64,000 bases of DNA from Candidatus Woesearchaeota archaeon (GTDB lineage: Archaea > Nanobdellota > Nanobdellia > SCGC-AAA011-G17 > JACPIM01). A program made the translations under genes and the position numbers. The notes under the pieces are model-generated. The model was not told where the DNA came from and did not search any database. It was given only the letters and a program-made list of their open reading frames with translations. The DNA is taken from assembly GCA_964603525.1 (NCBI GenBank), contig CAZRVI010000001.1, positions 749 through 64,748 of the forward strand, written 5' to 3'. The number at the start of each line of letters is the position of its first letter. Within the stretch, counting starts at the first letter, position 1. Shown piece by piece: positions 47,843 through 57,168 of this stretch.

Positions 47843-48619
47843 ATGAAAAAAATTTTATTTGCTATTTTGACTTTGGTATTGTTGTGTTCTATTGTATCAG
47901 CATTTAGTTTTGCAGATTTGGTAGGTTATGTTGTTAAGAATAACCCTCCTGTAACGAATTTAATTTCTCCAAAAAATAATGCTGTTTCTAATAAATTAAT
48001 TTTTGTTTGGGATTATAAAGATATTGAAGGAGATAAACAAACAGGGTATCTCTTACAATTAGATGATGATTGGAGATTTGAGAGTCCTTATAATTTTTAT
48101 GGTTTGGATGAGACAAGATTGGAAGTGAGTTTAGATTTAAAAGAAGGGCCTTATTATTGGAGAGTAAAGAGCAGAGATATATATGGTTGGGGGGAATTTA
48201 GCGATTGGAGAAGATTTGATTTAGATTTGAATGTTAGGGTATGTAAAGATGGAACTCTTTTTTGGGAATGTTCTTCTAATGTCCCTTATTATTGTGATGG
48301 TGGTGTTTTAGTGGAGGATTGTAGGAGGTGTGGTTGTGATATAAATGAAATTTGTCAGGCAAATGGTATTTGTTTATTGAGAATGTGTTCTGATAGGACA
48401 AGGTATGGTGAATGTAGTTCTTATAAACCAAAATATTGTCAAAACGGAAAACTAGTTGATGTATGTTCTTTATGTGGTTGTCCTGAAGGATTGGTTTGTC
48501 AAAGTGACGGAAGATGTGCTGTTGAAGTCATTGTGAAAGAAAAATTAATAGAAGAAGAACCAAGAACAATTTTAGAGTATATTGTTACTTTTTTTAAGAA
48601 GTTATTTGGTGGTTTATAA
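47843..48619 (+). CDS. Secreted protein with Ig/FN3-like and Cys-rich repeat regions
   Basis: Signal peptide, NNPPV..L.SP, YYWRVK, repeated C.DGT...EC....P.YC..G.LV..C..CGC. Confidence 0.72.
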   Translation: MKKILFAILTLVLLCSIVSAFSFADLVGYVVKNNPPVTNLISPKNNAVSNKLIFVWDYKDIEGDKQTGYLLQLDDDWRFESPYNFYGLDETRLEVSLDLKEGPYYWRVKSRDIYGWGEFSDWRRFDLDLNVRVCKDGTLFWECSSNVPYYCDGGVLVEDCRRCGCDINEICQANGICLLRMCSDRTRYGECSSYKPKYCQNGKLVDVCSLCGCPEGLVCQSDGRCAVEVIVKEKLIEEEPRTILEYIVTFFKKLFGGL

Positions 48620-48685
48620 ATAAGTTTAAATATTTTTCTGTTGTTATAAATATTATTCTTATCTATTTGAGTGGGGGGATATTTT

Positions 48686-49237
48686 ATGGCTAAAACTAAA
48701 AAAGAAATTAAAATTCAAAATATTGTAGCTTCTGCTTCTTTAGATCATGATATTCCTTTAATTAAATTAGCAGAGGCCTTACCAAATACAGAATATAATC
48801 CGGAGCAATTTCCTGGTTTAGTGATGAGGATTAAAGAACCAAAAACAAGTGCATTAATATTTAGTTCTGGGAAAATAGTATGTACTGGTGCAAAATCAAT
48901 GAGGAAGGTTAGATTAGCTATTGATGTTATAATTAAGAATCTAAGTAAAATTAAAGTCAAAATTAAAAAAAGACCGAAAATAAATGTTCAAAACATGGTT
49001 GCTTCTGGGAGTATAGGTATTGATTTGAATTTGAATAAATTGGCAATGGATTTAGAAAATACAGAATACGAGCCAGAGCAATTTCCTGGTCTAGTTTATA
49101 AGTTACCTGGAACAAGAGCAACTTTCTTATTATTTAGTAATGGAAAAATAGTTTGTACAGGCACTAGATCTGAGACCAAGTTAAGAGAGGCTGTTGATAA
49201 ACTGGTTAGAAACTTAGCTAAAATAGGAAGAAAATAG
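48686..49237 (+). CDS. tbp: TATA-binding protein
   Basis: Two repeats of NIVAS...EY.PEQFPGLV...F.SGKIVCTG. Confidence 0.97.
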   Translation: MAKTKKEIKIQNIVASASLDHDIPLIKLAEALPNTEYNPEQFPGLVMRIKEPKTSALIFSSGKIVCTGAKSMRKVRLAIDVIIKNLSKIKVKIKKRPKINVQNMVASGSIGIDLNLNKLAMDLENTEYEPEQFPGLVYKLPGTRATFLLFSNGKIVCTGTRSETKLREAVDKLVRNLAKIGRK

Positions 49238-49302
49238 ATTAACAAAATAGATATTTTGAAGAAAATAAATATTTTTATTAGTTGAAATAATTGGAGCTGA
49301 TT

Positions 49303-51318
49303 ATGTTAAATGCTGAAGAACAAATTAAAAGATTCAAGGATTTTATTGATACTATTTATAGAGATGATTTGAATGAGATGGTGAGAAAAGGCAGGAAATA
49401 TTTGATTATTGATTTTAATGAGCTAGTTAAATTTGATCCCGATTTAGCAGATTTTTTATTGGAGTTTCCTGATGATGGGATAAGGGCTGCTGAACTTTCA
49501 ATAGAGCAGTTCGATTTACCCTCACAGAATTATAGAGTTAGATTTTATAATTTGCCTGAATTACAGAATATTCGGATTAGAGATATTAGAAGTGAACATT
49601 TGAATAAATTTTTAGTGATAGAAGGAATTGTAAGACAATCAAGTGATATAAGACCCCAAGTTGTAAATGCAAAATTTGAATGTCCTGCTTGTGGTAATGT
49701 AATAACTATTTTACAAGTTGATACTAAATTTAAAGAACCAACAAGATGTACATGTGGTAGAAGGGGAAGATTTAGATTATTGGCTAAAGAGTTAGTTGAT
49801 GCACAAAGATTGATTATAGAAGAAACACCTGAATCTTTGGAAGGAGGAGAACAACCAAAAAGATTAAACATTTTTTTAAAAGAAGATTTAGTAGAGCCTA
49901 TTATGGAGAAAAAAACAACACCTGGAAGTAGGATTAAAGTTTCAGGTATTATTAAGGAAATTCCTATTTTTTTAAGAACAGGTGTTCAGAGCGTAAGATA
50001 TGATTTGGTAGTAGAGGCTAATTTTATTGAACCTGTTGAAGAGACTTATGAAGATATTGTTATTGGAAAAGAAGATGAGGAAAAAATAAAGGCTTTAGCT
50101 AAAGATCCAAGAATTTATGATAAATTAGTAAGAAGTATTGCTCCTTCTATTTGTGGTCATGATGATATAAAAGAGGCTTTGGTTTTGCAGTTAATGGGTG
50201 GTGTAAAAAAAGAGAAAGCTGATGGAACTATTATAAGAGGGGATATGCATATTTTGTTAGTTGGTGATCCTGGTGCTGCAAAAAGCACAATGTTGACTTA
50301 TATTTCAAAAGTTGCACCTAAAGCAAGATATGTTGCAGGAAGAAGTGCAACAGGTGCAGGCATTACTGCGAGTGTTGTTAAAGATGAATTTTTAAGAGGA
50401 TGGGCATTAGAAGCTGGAGCTTTAGTTTTATGTAATAAAGGAATTTTATGTCTCGATGAAATGGACAAAATGCGGGTTGAGGATACAAGTGCTTTGCATG
50501 AAGCAATGGCTCAACAGCAGATAAGCATTAGCAAGGCTAATATTCAAGCAACTTTACGTGCAGAGACAACTATTCTCGCTGCAGCAAACCCAAAATTAGG
50601 GAGATTTGATCCGTATCAGCCTATTGCAATACAAATAGATTTGCCTCCAACATTGATTAATAGATTTGATTTGATTTTCCCTGTTAGAGATTTACCTGAT
50701 AAAAAAATGGATGATAAAATTGCAACACATGTTCTAAAATCACAGAAAGATAGTATGAGTGTTGAACCTGAAATTGAGATTTCTTTATTGAGAAAATATA
50801 TTTCTTATACAAGACGAAATGTATTCCCAAAATTAACCGATAGTGCAATAGAAGAACTTAAAAAATTTTATGTTACATTAAGGAATACAGGAAGTACAGG
50901 AGATGATGCTATAAAACCTATTCCTATATCTGCAAGGCAATTAGAAGCGTTAGTAAGGTTGGCTGAAGGGAGTGCAAGAGTTAGATTGGGTACAAGAGTA
51001 ACTAAATTAGATGCACAAAGAGCAATCAGGATTTTAAAATATTGTTTGATGCAAGTTGGTTTTGATTATGAAACTGGAAAGATTGATATTGATAGAATTA
51101 CAACAGGAATTCCTGCAGCGCAAAGAAACAAAATCGTTATAATTAGAGAAATAATCAATTCTTTAGAGAAAAAAACTAAAACGATTCCTATTGAAGAAAT
51201 AATGAGTGAAGCAGTTGCTAAGGGTTTAAATGAAGCTAAAGTTGAAGAGGTAATTGAAAGATTAAAGAGAGAGGGGGAAATTTTTGAGCCAAGAGCAGGC
51301 TTTATTAGTAAGGTATAA
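49303..51318 (+). CDS. mcm: MCM replicative helicase
   Basis: Zn finger CPAC...CTC, GDPGAAKS, LDEMDKM, AAANP..GRF, NRFDL, SARQLEAL. Confidence 0.96.
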   Translation: MLNAEEQIKRFKDFIDTIYRDDLNEMVRKGRKYLIIDFNELVKFDPDLADFLLEFPDDGIRAAELSIEQFDLPSQNYRVRFYNLPELQNIRIRDIRSEHLNKFLVIEGIVRQSSDIRPQVVNAKFECPACGNVITILQVDTKFKEPTRCTCGRRGRFRLLAKELVDAQRLIIEETPESLEGGEQPKRLNIFLKEDLVEPIMEKKTTPGSRIKVSGIIKEIPIFLRTGVQSVRYDLVVEANFIEPVEETYEDIVIGKEDEEKIKALAKDPRIYDKLVRSIAPSICGHDDIKEALVLQLMGGVKKEKADGTIIRGDMHILLVGDPGAAKSTMLTYISKVAPKARYVAGRSATGAGITASVVKDEFLRGWALEAGALVLCNKGILCLDEMDKMRVEDTSALHEAMAQQQISISKANIQATLRAETTILAAANPKLGRFDPYQPIAIQIDLPPTLINRFDLIFPVRDLPDKKMDDKIATHVLKSQKDSMSVEPEIEISLLRKYISYTRRNVFPKLTDSAIEELKKFYVTLRNTGSTGDDAIKPIPISARQLEALVRLAEGSARVRLGTRVTKLDAQRAIRILKYCLMQVGFDYETGKIDIDRITTGIPAAQRNKIVIIREIINSLEKKTKTIPIEEIMSEAVAKGLNEAKVEEVIERLKREGEIFEPRAGFISKV

Positions 51319-51938
51319 TGGTCCAGAAAAGACAAACAGCTTATAAAATAAGAATCTCTGATTTGCTTAGAGGTACTTATGTTAAACAAGAGGGGGAATG
51401 GGAACCAAATTATGTTCTCTTTAAAGATAAAAAGATTTCTAGAATTAATATAATTGCAAATCTTATTGATAAATATGAGAATGATGATAAAAGTTATGGA
51501 GCAATTGATTTAGATGATGGTTCTGGTGTTATAAGGGGGAAAGTTTGGAAGGAGGACATAAAATTGATTGAAAATGTAAAAATTGGTGATTTGGTTTTGG
51601 TTATTGCTAAAATAAGGGAGTTAAATGATGAAAGATATTTAGTATTAGAATCTGTTAGAGTTTTAAGAAATCCTGCATGGGCAGAGTTAAGGAAATTAGA
51701 ATTAAATAAATTGTGGGGGGAAGAGACAAAAGGAATAAGAAAAGAGAAGGTTAAAGATACAATAATTAGTCCAAGACAGAAGATTTTATCCTTTATAGAG
51801 AGTGTTGGTGAAGTTAATGAGGAAAAAATTTTAAATGAAATTGGTTTGAATAAAGAAGAAGTTTTAAAAATAATAGAAGATTTGATTAGAGAAGGAGAAA
51901 TTTACAGGCCAACACCCGGTTTGTTAAGGATGGTATAA
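51318..51938 (+). CDS. RPA32-like OB-fold protein with C-terminal winged helix
   Basis: RQTAYKIRISDL, LDDGSGVI, C-terminal LIREGEIYRPTPG. Confidence 0.8.
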   Translation: MVQKRQTAYKIRISDLLRGTYVKQEGEWEPNYVLFKDKKISRINIIANLIDKYENDDKSYGAIDLDDGSGVIRGKVWKEDIKLIENVKIGDLVLVIAKIRELNDERYLVLESVRVLRNPAWAELRKLELNKLWGEETKGIRKEKVKDTIISPRQKILSFIESVGEVNEEKILNEIGLNKEEVLKIIEDLIREGEIYRPTPGLLRMV

Positions 51939-52346
51939 ATGGAATATGAAAATATGTTGATTGAAGCAAAGAAAAAATTACCTCAATTAAAAGAAAAGAA
52001 AGAGAGATTTGAGATACCTAGAGTTAAAGGACATATAGAAGGAAACAAAACAATAATTACTAATTTTTTACAAATTTGTAATGTGTTACATAGAGAGCCA
52101 CAACAATTGGTTAAATATTTACAAAGAGAGTTAGCTACACCAGCTGTTTTGAAGGATAAAAGATTGGTGTTTGGTAGAAAAGTAAACTCAGCTTTATTAA
52201 ATGAGAAAATAGAAAAATATGCAAAAGATTTTGTAATTTGTAAAGAATGTAACAGGCCTGATACACAACTTATTAAGGAGGATAGGGTTTTATTTATTAA
52301 ATGTACTGCCTGTGGTGCGAAACATACTGTTAGAGCTAAAATATGA
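51939..52346 (+). CDS. eif2b: Translation initiation factor aIF-2 beta
   Basis: ERFEIP, KTIITNF, ELAT, CKECNRPDT...CTACGA. Confidence 0.94.
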   Translation: MEYENMLIEAKKKLPQLKEKKERFEIPRVKGHIEGNKTIITNFLQICNVLHREPQQLVKYLQRELATPAVLKDKRLVFGRKVNSALLNEKIEKYAKDFVICKECNRPDTQLIKEDRVLFIKCTACGAKHTVRAKI

Positions 52347-52636
52347 TTTATATTAAGTTTCATAAAGGTAGATTAAGTGAAGTAGTATCTGTTTGTGATA
52401 AAGATTTAATTGGAAAAAATTTTTCTACCAAAAAATTATGTTTGAATATTAAAAAAGATTTTTATAAAGGAGAGTTAATGGAAGAAAAAGAAATAAAAAA
52501 AATCTTAAAGAGTGCAAGTAACTTAAACATAGTTGGTGAGAGATCTATTAAGTTGGCTTTAAAAGAAAAAATTATTGATAAGGATAATATTATAAGAATA
52601 AAAGGGGTTCCCCATGCACAAATTTATTCTGTCTAA
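52343..52636 (+). CDS. DUF424 family protein
   Basis: VVSVCDKDLIGK, FYKGE, NIVGERSI, IKGVPHAQ. Confidence 0.82.
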   Translation: MIYIKFHKGRLSEVVSVCDKDLIGKNFSTKKLCLNIKKDFYKGELMEEKEIKKILKSASNLNIVGERSIKLALKEKIIDKDNIIRIKGVPHAQIYSV

Positions 52637-52946
52637 AGACCAATATTACGAAGCGATTTTACAATTAAGACCAAAAAATAAAGAGGTTTTAGATTATGTT
52701 CTAAGACAACTTGAAAAAAGGAAGAATATTTTTATTTCTAAAAAAGTTGAATTGAAAAAGGGTGTTGATTTGTATATTAGTGATAAGAGGTTTACAAGAG
52801 CTTTAGGAAAGAAATTAAAAAAGTCTTTTAGAGGCGAGTTGAAGTTAAGTAGAAAGTTGTATGGTTATGATAGACAAAAAAGTAAAAAAATTTATAGATT
52901 AACTGTTTTGTTTAGATTGAAGAATTTTGATGAAACTTTAGGATAA
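52614..52946 (+). CDS. Short NMD3-like protein (C-terminal portion only)
   Basis: YYEAILQLR, GVDLYI, KLYGYD...IYRLTVLFR. Confidence 0.75.
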   Translation: MHKFILSKDQYYEAILQLRPKNKEVLDYVLRQLEKRKNIFISKKVELKKGVDLYISDKRFTRALGKKLKKSFRGELKLSRKLYGYDRQKSKKIYRLTVLFRLKNFDETLG

Positions 52947-53011
52947 TCTGAAGAAGTTAATTTTCAGCGGTTAACATAAGTTTTATAAATAAAACTGTTT
53001 CTTTTTGTTTT

Positions 53012-53356
53012 ATGTCAAGGAAGAAAGAAGAACAGGAAAGACAAGAGAGAATAGCTGAGGAGATTAGGAGAGTTAAATTACCTAAAGATAAGCAGGTTAT
53101 TGGTATTTTGGACCAAAGGTTGGGTGGTAGCAGAATGAAGATTAGATGTTTGGATGGAAGAACAAGAATTTGTAGGATTCCTGGGAGGTTGAAGAGGAGA
53201 ATGTGGTTAAGAGAAGGTGATGTTGTTTTAGTTGAGCCATGGGAATTAGGAGGAGATGAAAGAGGAGATGTTATTTTTAAGTACAAAGGTGTGCAAATTG
53301 ATTGGCTAAGGAAGAAGGGCTATTTAAAAAAATTAGATGAATTTGAAGAGTTCTAA
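53012..53356 (+). CDS. eif1a: Translation initiation factor aIF-1A
   Basis: LGGSRM..RCLDG.TR.CRIPGRLKRRMWLREGDVVLVEPW. Confidence 0.95.
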   Translation: MSRKKEEQERQERIAEEIRRVKLPKDKQVIGILDQRLGGSRMKIRCLDGRTRICRIPGRLKRRMWLREGDVVLVEPWELGGDERGDVIFKYKGVQIDWLRKKGYLKKLDEFEEF

Positions 53357-53357
53357 T

Positions 53358-53864
53358 ATGGGAGAAATAAAAATTCCTAAATCAAGAATTGCTATCTTGA
53401 TTGGAAAAAAAGGGGAAATTAAAAAGAAAATAGAAAGCTTAACCAAAATGAAATTAAATATTTCTAGAGAGGGAGATGTTATTGTAGGCGGTGAAGGATT
53501 GGGTAATTATCTTGCTGTTCAGGTTGTAAGAGCAATTGGTAGGGGATTTAATCCTGAAGTTGCTTTGAGATTATTGAAAGAAGGTTTTATTTTAGAGATA
53601 ATTAATATTAAAGAATATACTGGTAAAGCAGAAAAGAAATTTATTAGAATCAAAGGGAGATTAATTGGAAGACAAGGACGTGTTTGGAAAAAGATCGAGG
53701 AGAAAACAAATACAAATATTTCGATTTATGGTAAGACGATTGCTATTATAGGATGTGTGGATGATGTTTCTTTGGCAAGAAGAGCTTTTGAGAAGTTACT
53801 TAAGGGATCTCCTCATGGTAAAGTTTATAAATTTATAGAATTGGAATTGGAAAAAAAGGAGTGA
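53358..53864 (+). CDS. KH-domain ribosome biogenesis protein (Dim2/Pno1-like)
   Basis: LIGKKGE, AIGRGFNPE, GRLIGRQG, GSPHGKVY. Confidence 0.9.
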   Translation: MGEIKIPKSRIAILIGKKGEIKKKIESLTKMKLNISREGDVIVGGEGLGNYLAVQVVRAIGRGFNPEVALRLLKEGFILEIINIKEYTGKAEKKFIRIKGRLIGRQGRVWKKIEEKTNTNISIYGKTIAIIGCVDDVSLARRAFEKLLKGSPHGKVYKFIELELEKKE

Positions 53865-55441
53865 TTAGGATAGTAAAAAACAATATTAGAGCATATGAAT
53901 TAGCGAAAGAGCAAAAAGAAATTTCTATTTCAGAATTTTTTACAAAAAACAGGCATTTGTTAGGTTTTGATAATCCTGTTAGGGCTTTATTAACAACTAT
54001 TAAAGAGCTGGTTGATAATAGTTTAGATGCATGTGATGAGATGAAGGTCTTGCCAGATATAATGGTCCAAATTAGTTCTGTATCTGAGAATAGATATAGA
54101 GTTGTTGTTGAAGATAATGGTCCTGGTATTGTTAAGCAACAGATTCCAAATATTTTTGCAAAGTTGCTATATGGAAGCAAGTTTTTTAAATTAAGACAAT
54201 CTAGAGGGCAACAAGGGATAGGAGTTTCAGCGAGTGTATTATATGGACAATTAACTACAGGTAAAAGTGCAAAGATTATTAGTAAGATTGATCCTAAAAA
54301 ACCTGCACATTATTATGGGTTACATATTGATACTGCAAGAAATGAACCTGAAATTTTGAAGGAAGAAGTTGTTAAGTGGGATAAGGATCATGGAACTAAA
54401 GTTGAGATAGAGTTGGAAGGGAATTATAAATTTGGTGCGAGGTATATAGAATCGTATTTAAAGCAAACTGCGATGGTTAATCCTCATTTAAAATTGATTT
54501 ATATTGATCCTGAAAAAAAGAAAAAAACTTTTTCTAGAGCTGTTAGTGAGTTACCTACGGAGCCAAAAGCAATTAAACCTCACCCACATGGTATTGAGTT
54601 AGGGATTTTGATGAATATGTTAAAGAATACAAAAGCAAGAACAATTCAGAGTTTTTTGACTAATGATTTTTGTAGGGTTGGTAGTAAGACAGCAAAAAAT
54701 ATTTGTGATATGGCTAAGATTAATACAAATGCAAGACCTAAAAGGATTGCGAGACAGGAAGCAGACAATTTGTTACAAGCGATTAAGAAAACAAAGTTAA
54801 TTGCTCCTCCTACAGATTGTTTGAGTCCAATTGGTTCCAGCTTATTAGAAAAAGGTTTAAAAAAGGAAGTAAATGCAGAGTTCTTTACTGCTATTACAAG
54901 ACCACCAAGTGTTTATAGAGGTATGCCTTTTCAAATTGAGGCGGCTATTGCGTATGGAGGAGATTTAGATAAAGAAGGTAATGTTAAGGTAATGAGGTTT
55001 GCGAATAAAGTTCCTTTACTTTATCAGCAAGGTGCATGTGCAATTACAAAGAGTATACAGCAGACTAAATGGAGATCTTATGGGTTACAACAAAGTGGAA
55101 ATAATATTCCTGTTGGGCCTGCAATGATAGTTGTTCATATAGCAAGTGTTTGGGTTCCATTTACTTCTGAAAGTAAAGAGGCTATTGCTCATTATCCTGA
55201 GATTATTAAGGAGGTTAAATTAGCTTTACAGGAATGTGGTAGACAATTATCAAGATATATTAGAAGGAAAATAAGATCTAAAGAGCAAAAAGAAAGAGTT
55301 AATTTGTTTGAAAAGTATATACCGGAGATTGCAATTTCATTATCAAACATTTCTGGTATTTCTAGAATTAAAATAGAGAATGATTTAAATAAGATATTGA
55401 AAAAAAACACAAATCAAATAATTAAAGAAGGAGAAATTTAG
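53861..55441 (+). CDS. top6B: DNA topoisomerase VI subunit B
   Basis: ELVDNSLDA, EDNGPG, RGQQGIG, RFANKVPL, VPFTSESKEA. Confidence 0.96.
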   Translation: MIRIVKNNIRAYELAKEQKEISISEFFTKNRHLLGFDNPVRALLTTIKELVDNSLDACDEMKVLPDIMVQISSVSENRYRVVVEDNGPGIVKQQIPNIFAKLLYGSKFFKLRQSRGQQGIGVSASVLYGQLTTGKSAKIISKIDPKKPAHYYGLHIDTARNEPEILKEEVVKWDKDHGTKVEIELEGNYKFGARYIESYLKQTAMVNPHLKLIYIDPEKKKKTFSRAVSELPTEPKAIKPHPHGIELGILMNMLKNTKARTIQSFLTNDFCRVGSKTAKNICDMAKINTNARPKRIARQEADNLLQAIKKTKLIAPPTDCLSPIGSSLLEKGLKKEVNAEFFTAITRPPSVYRGMPFQIEAAIAYGGDLDKEGNVKVMRFANKVPLLYQQGACAITKSIQQTKWRSYGLQQSGNNIPVGPAMIVVHIASVWVPFTSESKEAIAHYPEIIKEVKLALQECGRQLSRYIRRKIRSKEQKERVNLFEKYIPEIAISLSNISGISRIKIENDLNKILKKNTNQIIKEGEI

Positions 55442-55443
55442 AA

Positions 55444-56535
55444 ATGAGGAAAAAGAAGAAACTAAAAGTTAAAGAAAGTTTAAAGAATTTTGGTAAAGAT
55501 TTAGTTAAACAGCTTAGTAAAGGCAAAAATCCTTCAATTAGTTTTCCTTTAAGAAGTTTGTCTAATATAAACTTTAATAAAAAAACAAAAACCTTGGAAT
55601 TAGGAGATAAAAAGCAAAGGAGAGATTTTTTTAATGTTGGTCATGCAAAAAAATTTATGCAAACTTTAGAAGTAGCATCTGTAAGTAGAAATTTACTTAA
55701 TGAAGGAAAACATGCAAGTTTAAGGGATGTTTTTTATCAACTTAAAAGAACAATTCCTAAATCCAACATAAATATTGTGGATGATCAAACAGAATCGGAT
55801 TCTGTTATTATGGATTTAGAGTTAATTACTGGTTTTTCAAGAGAACAATTACATATTAATGCTAATAAAAATGGTTCTGTTGTAGGGAAGGTTATTATTG
55901 AAGATAGAGGAGACAAAATAGATTGGTCTAAATTAGGTTCTGGTGGTTGGAGTATACCTAGTAATGTTGAGGATATAAAATTTAAGAAAGTTAATGCTAA
56001 GTATGTTTTATATATGGAAAAAGCTGCTGTTTGGGAGAGATTACATGAAGATAAGTTTTGGGATAAACAAAAATGTATTATAATGTCTTCACAAGGTCAA
56101 ACAACAAGGGGTATAAGAAGATTGTTGCAAAGATTTTATAATGAATTTAGATTGCCAATTTATGTTTTAACTGACTTTGATCCTTGGGGATTTTATATTT
56201 ATTCTGTTATTAAATTTGGTTCAATAGCTTTGGCTTATTTATCTGAAAAATTAACCATTCCTAGTGTTGAGTTTTTAGGAATAACTGCACAAGATATCGA
56301 AAATTATAAACTACATAAATATCTAATTAAATTAAAGGATACTGATATGAATAGATTGAAACAATTATCAAAATATAAATGGTTTGAAAATAATAAAGCT
56401 TGGCAAAAACAATTTAAAGCAATGAAACAAATGAAAGCAAAAGCAGAAATTCAAGCATTAAGTGGGAAGGGTATTAGTTTTATTTCTGAGAAATATTTAC
56501 CTGAGAAAATTAGGAAAAAAGATTTTATTGATTGA
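55444..56535 (+). CDS. top6A: DNA topoisomerase VI subunit A
   Basis: SLRDVFY (catalytic Tyr), MEK, TDFDPWG, KAEIQAL. Confidence 0.95.
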   Translation: MRKKKKLKVKESLKNFGKDLVKQLSKGKNPSISFPLRSLSNINFNKKTKTLELGDKKQRRDFFNVGHAKKFMQTLEVASVSRNLLNEGKHASLRDVFYQLKRTIPKSNINIVDDQTESDSVIMDLELITGFSREQLHINANKNGSVVGKVIIEDRGDKIDWSKLGSGGWSIPSNVEDIKFKKVNAKYVLYMEKAAVWERLHEDKFWDKQKCIIMSSQGQTTRGIRRLLQRFYNEFRLPIYVLTDFDPWGFYIYSVIKFGSIALAYLSEKLTIPSVEFLGITAQDIENYKLHKYLIKLKDTDMNRLKQLSKYKWFENNKAWQKQFKAMKQMKAKAEIQALSGKGISFISEKYLPEKIRKKDFID

Positions 56536-56627
56536 AACTTTGAACCAAATTTTTTAAGTAGTTTACTTTTTTGTTTAATGGGTTTATAGAAATGTTTTTA
56601 AAGCAAAATTTTTTTATGAATAAAGGT

Positions 56628-56779
56628 GTCCCCGTAGCTCAGTGGTTAGAGCACACGGCTTTATCAAATAAATAAAGTGTGAAGCTGTTAACCATTGATA
56701 GATACCGTGGAGCATTGTATGTGCGGAATGTCGGAGGTTCGAAAAAGCTTAAAAGGCTTAGGAATTCCTCCCGGGGGCG
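56628..56779 (+). tRNA. tRNA-Asn(GTT) with four introns (30/31, 37/38, 44/45, about 59/60)
   Basis: 152-nt locus; removing 56658-56683, 56691-56703, 56711-56728 and 56744-56765 gives a 73-nt cloverleaf (stems GTCCCCG/CGGGGGC, CACGG/CCGTG, GGAGG/CCTCC). Confidence 0.85.
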
Positions 56780-56783
56780 CTTT

Positions 56784-56890
56784 GGTCCGGTGGCTCAGTC
56801 TGGTTAGAGCACTCGACTAAATTTAGGGTGAAACTGATAACTGGATTGTTAGAGATCGAGAGGTCGCAGGTTCAAATCCTGCCCGGACCA
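56784..56890 (+). tRNA. tRNA-Ile(GAT) with two introns (30/31, 37/38)
   Basis: Acceptor GGTCCGG/CCGGACC; removing 56816-56832 and 56840-56854 gives anticodon stem CTCGA/TCGAG and loop CT-GAT-AA, 75 nt. Confidence 0.88.
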
Positions 56891-56901
56891 TTTTTTAAAA
56901 A

Positions 56902-57168
56902 ATGATAGTTAAACTATTGGGGTTAATTGATTTATTAGCAGCTGTTTTTATTATTCTGTTGAGGTTTAATATAGGGAATAAAATTGCTTTTGTTATTGCT
57001 ATTATATTATTGATTAAATCTATTATATTTTTAACAAGTTTTACTAGTTGGATTGATATAATTTCAGGGATTTTTTTAATATTAGCTGTTTATGGGCATT
57101 ATTATTTTTTTACATGGATATTTGCTTTATGGCTGTTCCAGAAAGGGGTTATTAGTGTGTTCTCTTAA
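56902..57168 (+). CDS. Small hypothetical membrane protein
   Basis: Almost entirely hydrophobic 88-aa ORF (KLLGLIDLLAA...). Confidence 0.7.
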   Translation: MIVKLLGLIDLLAAVFIILLRFNIGNKIAFVIAIILLIKSIIFLTSFTSWIDIISGIFLILAVYGHYYFFTWIFALWLFQKGVISVFS

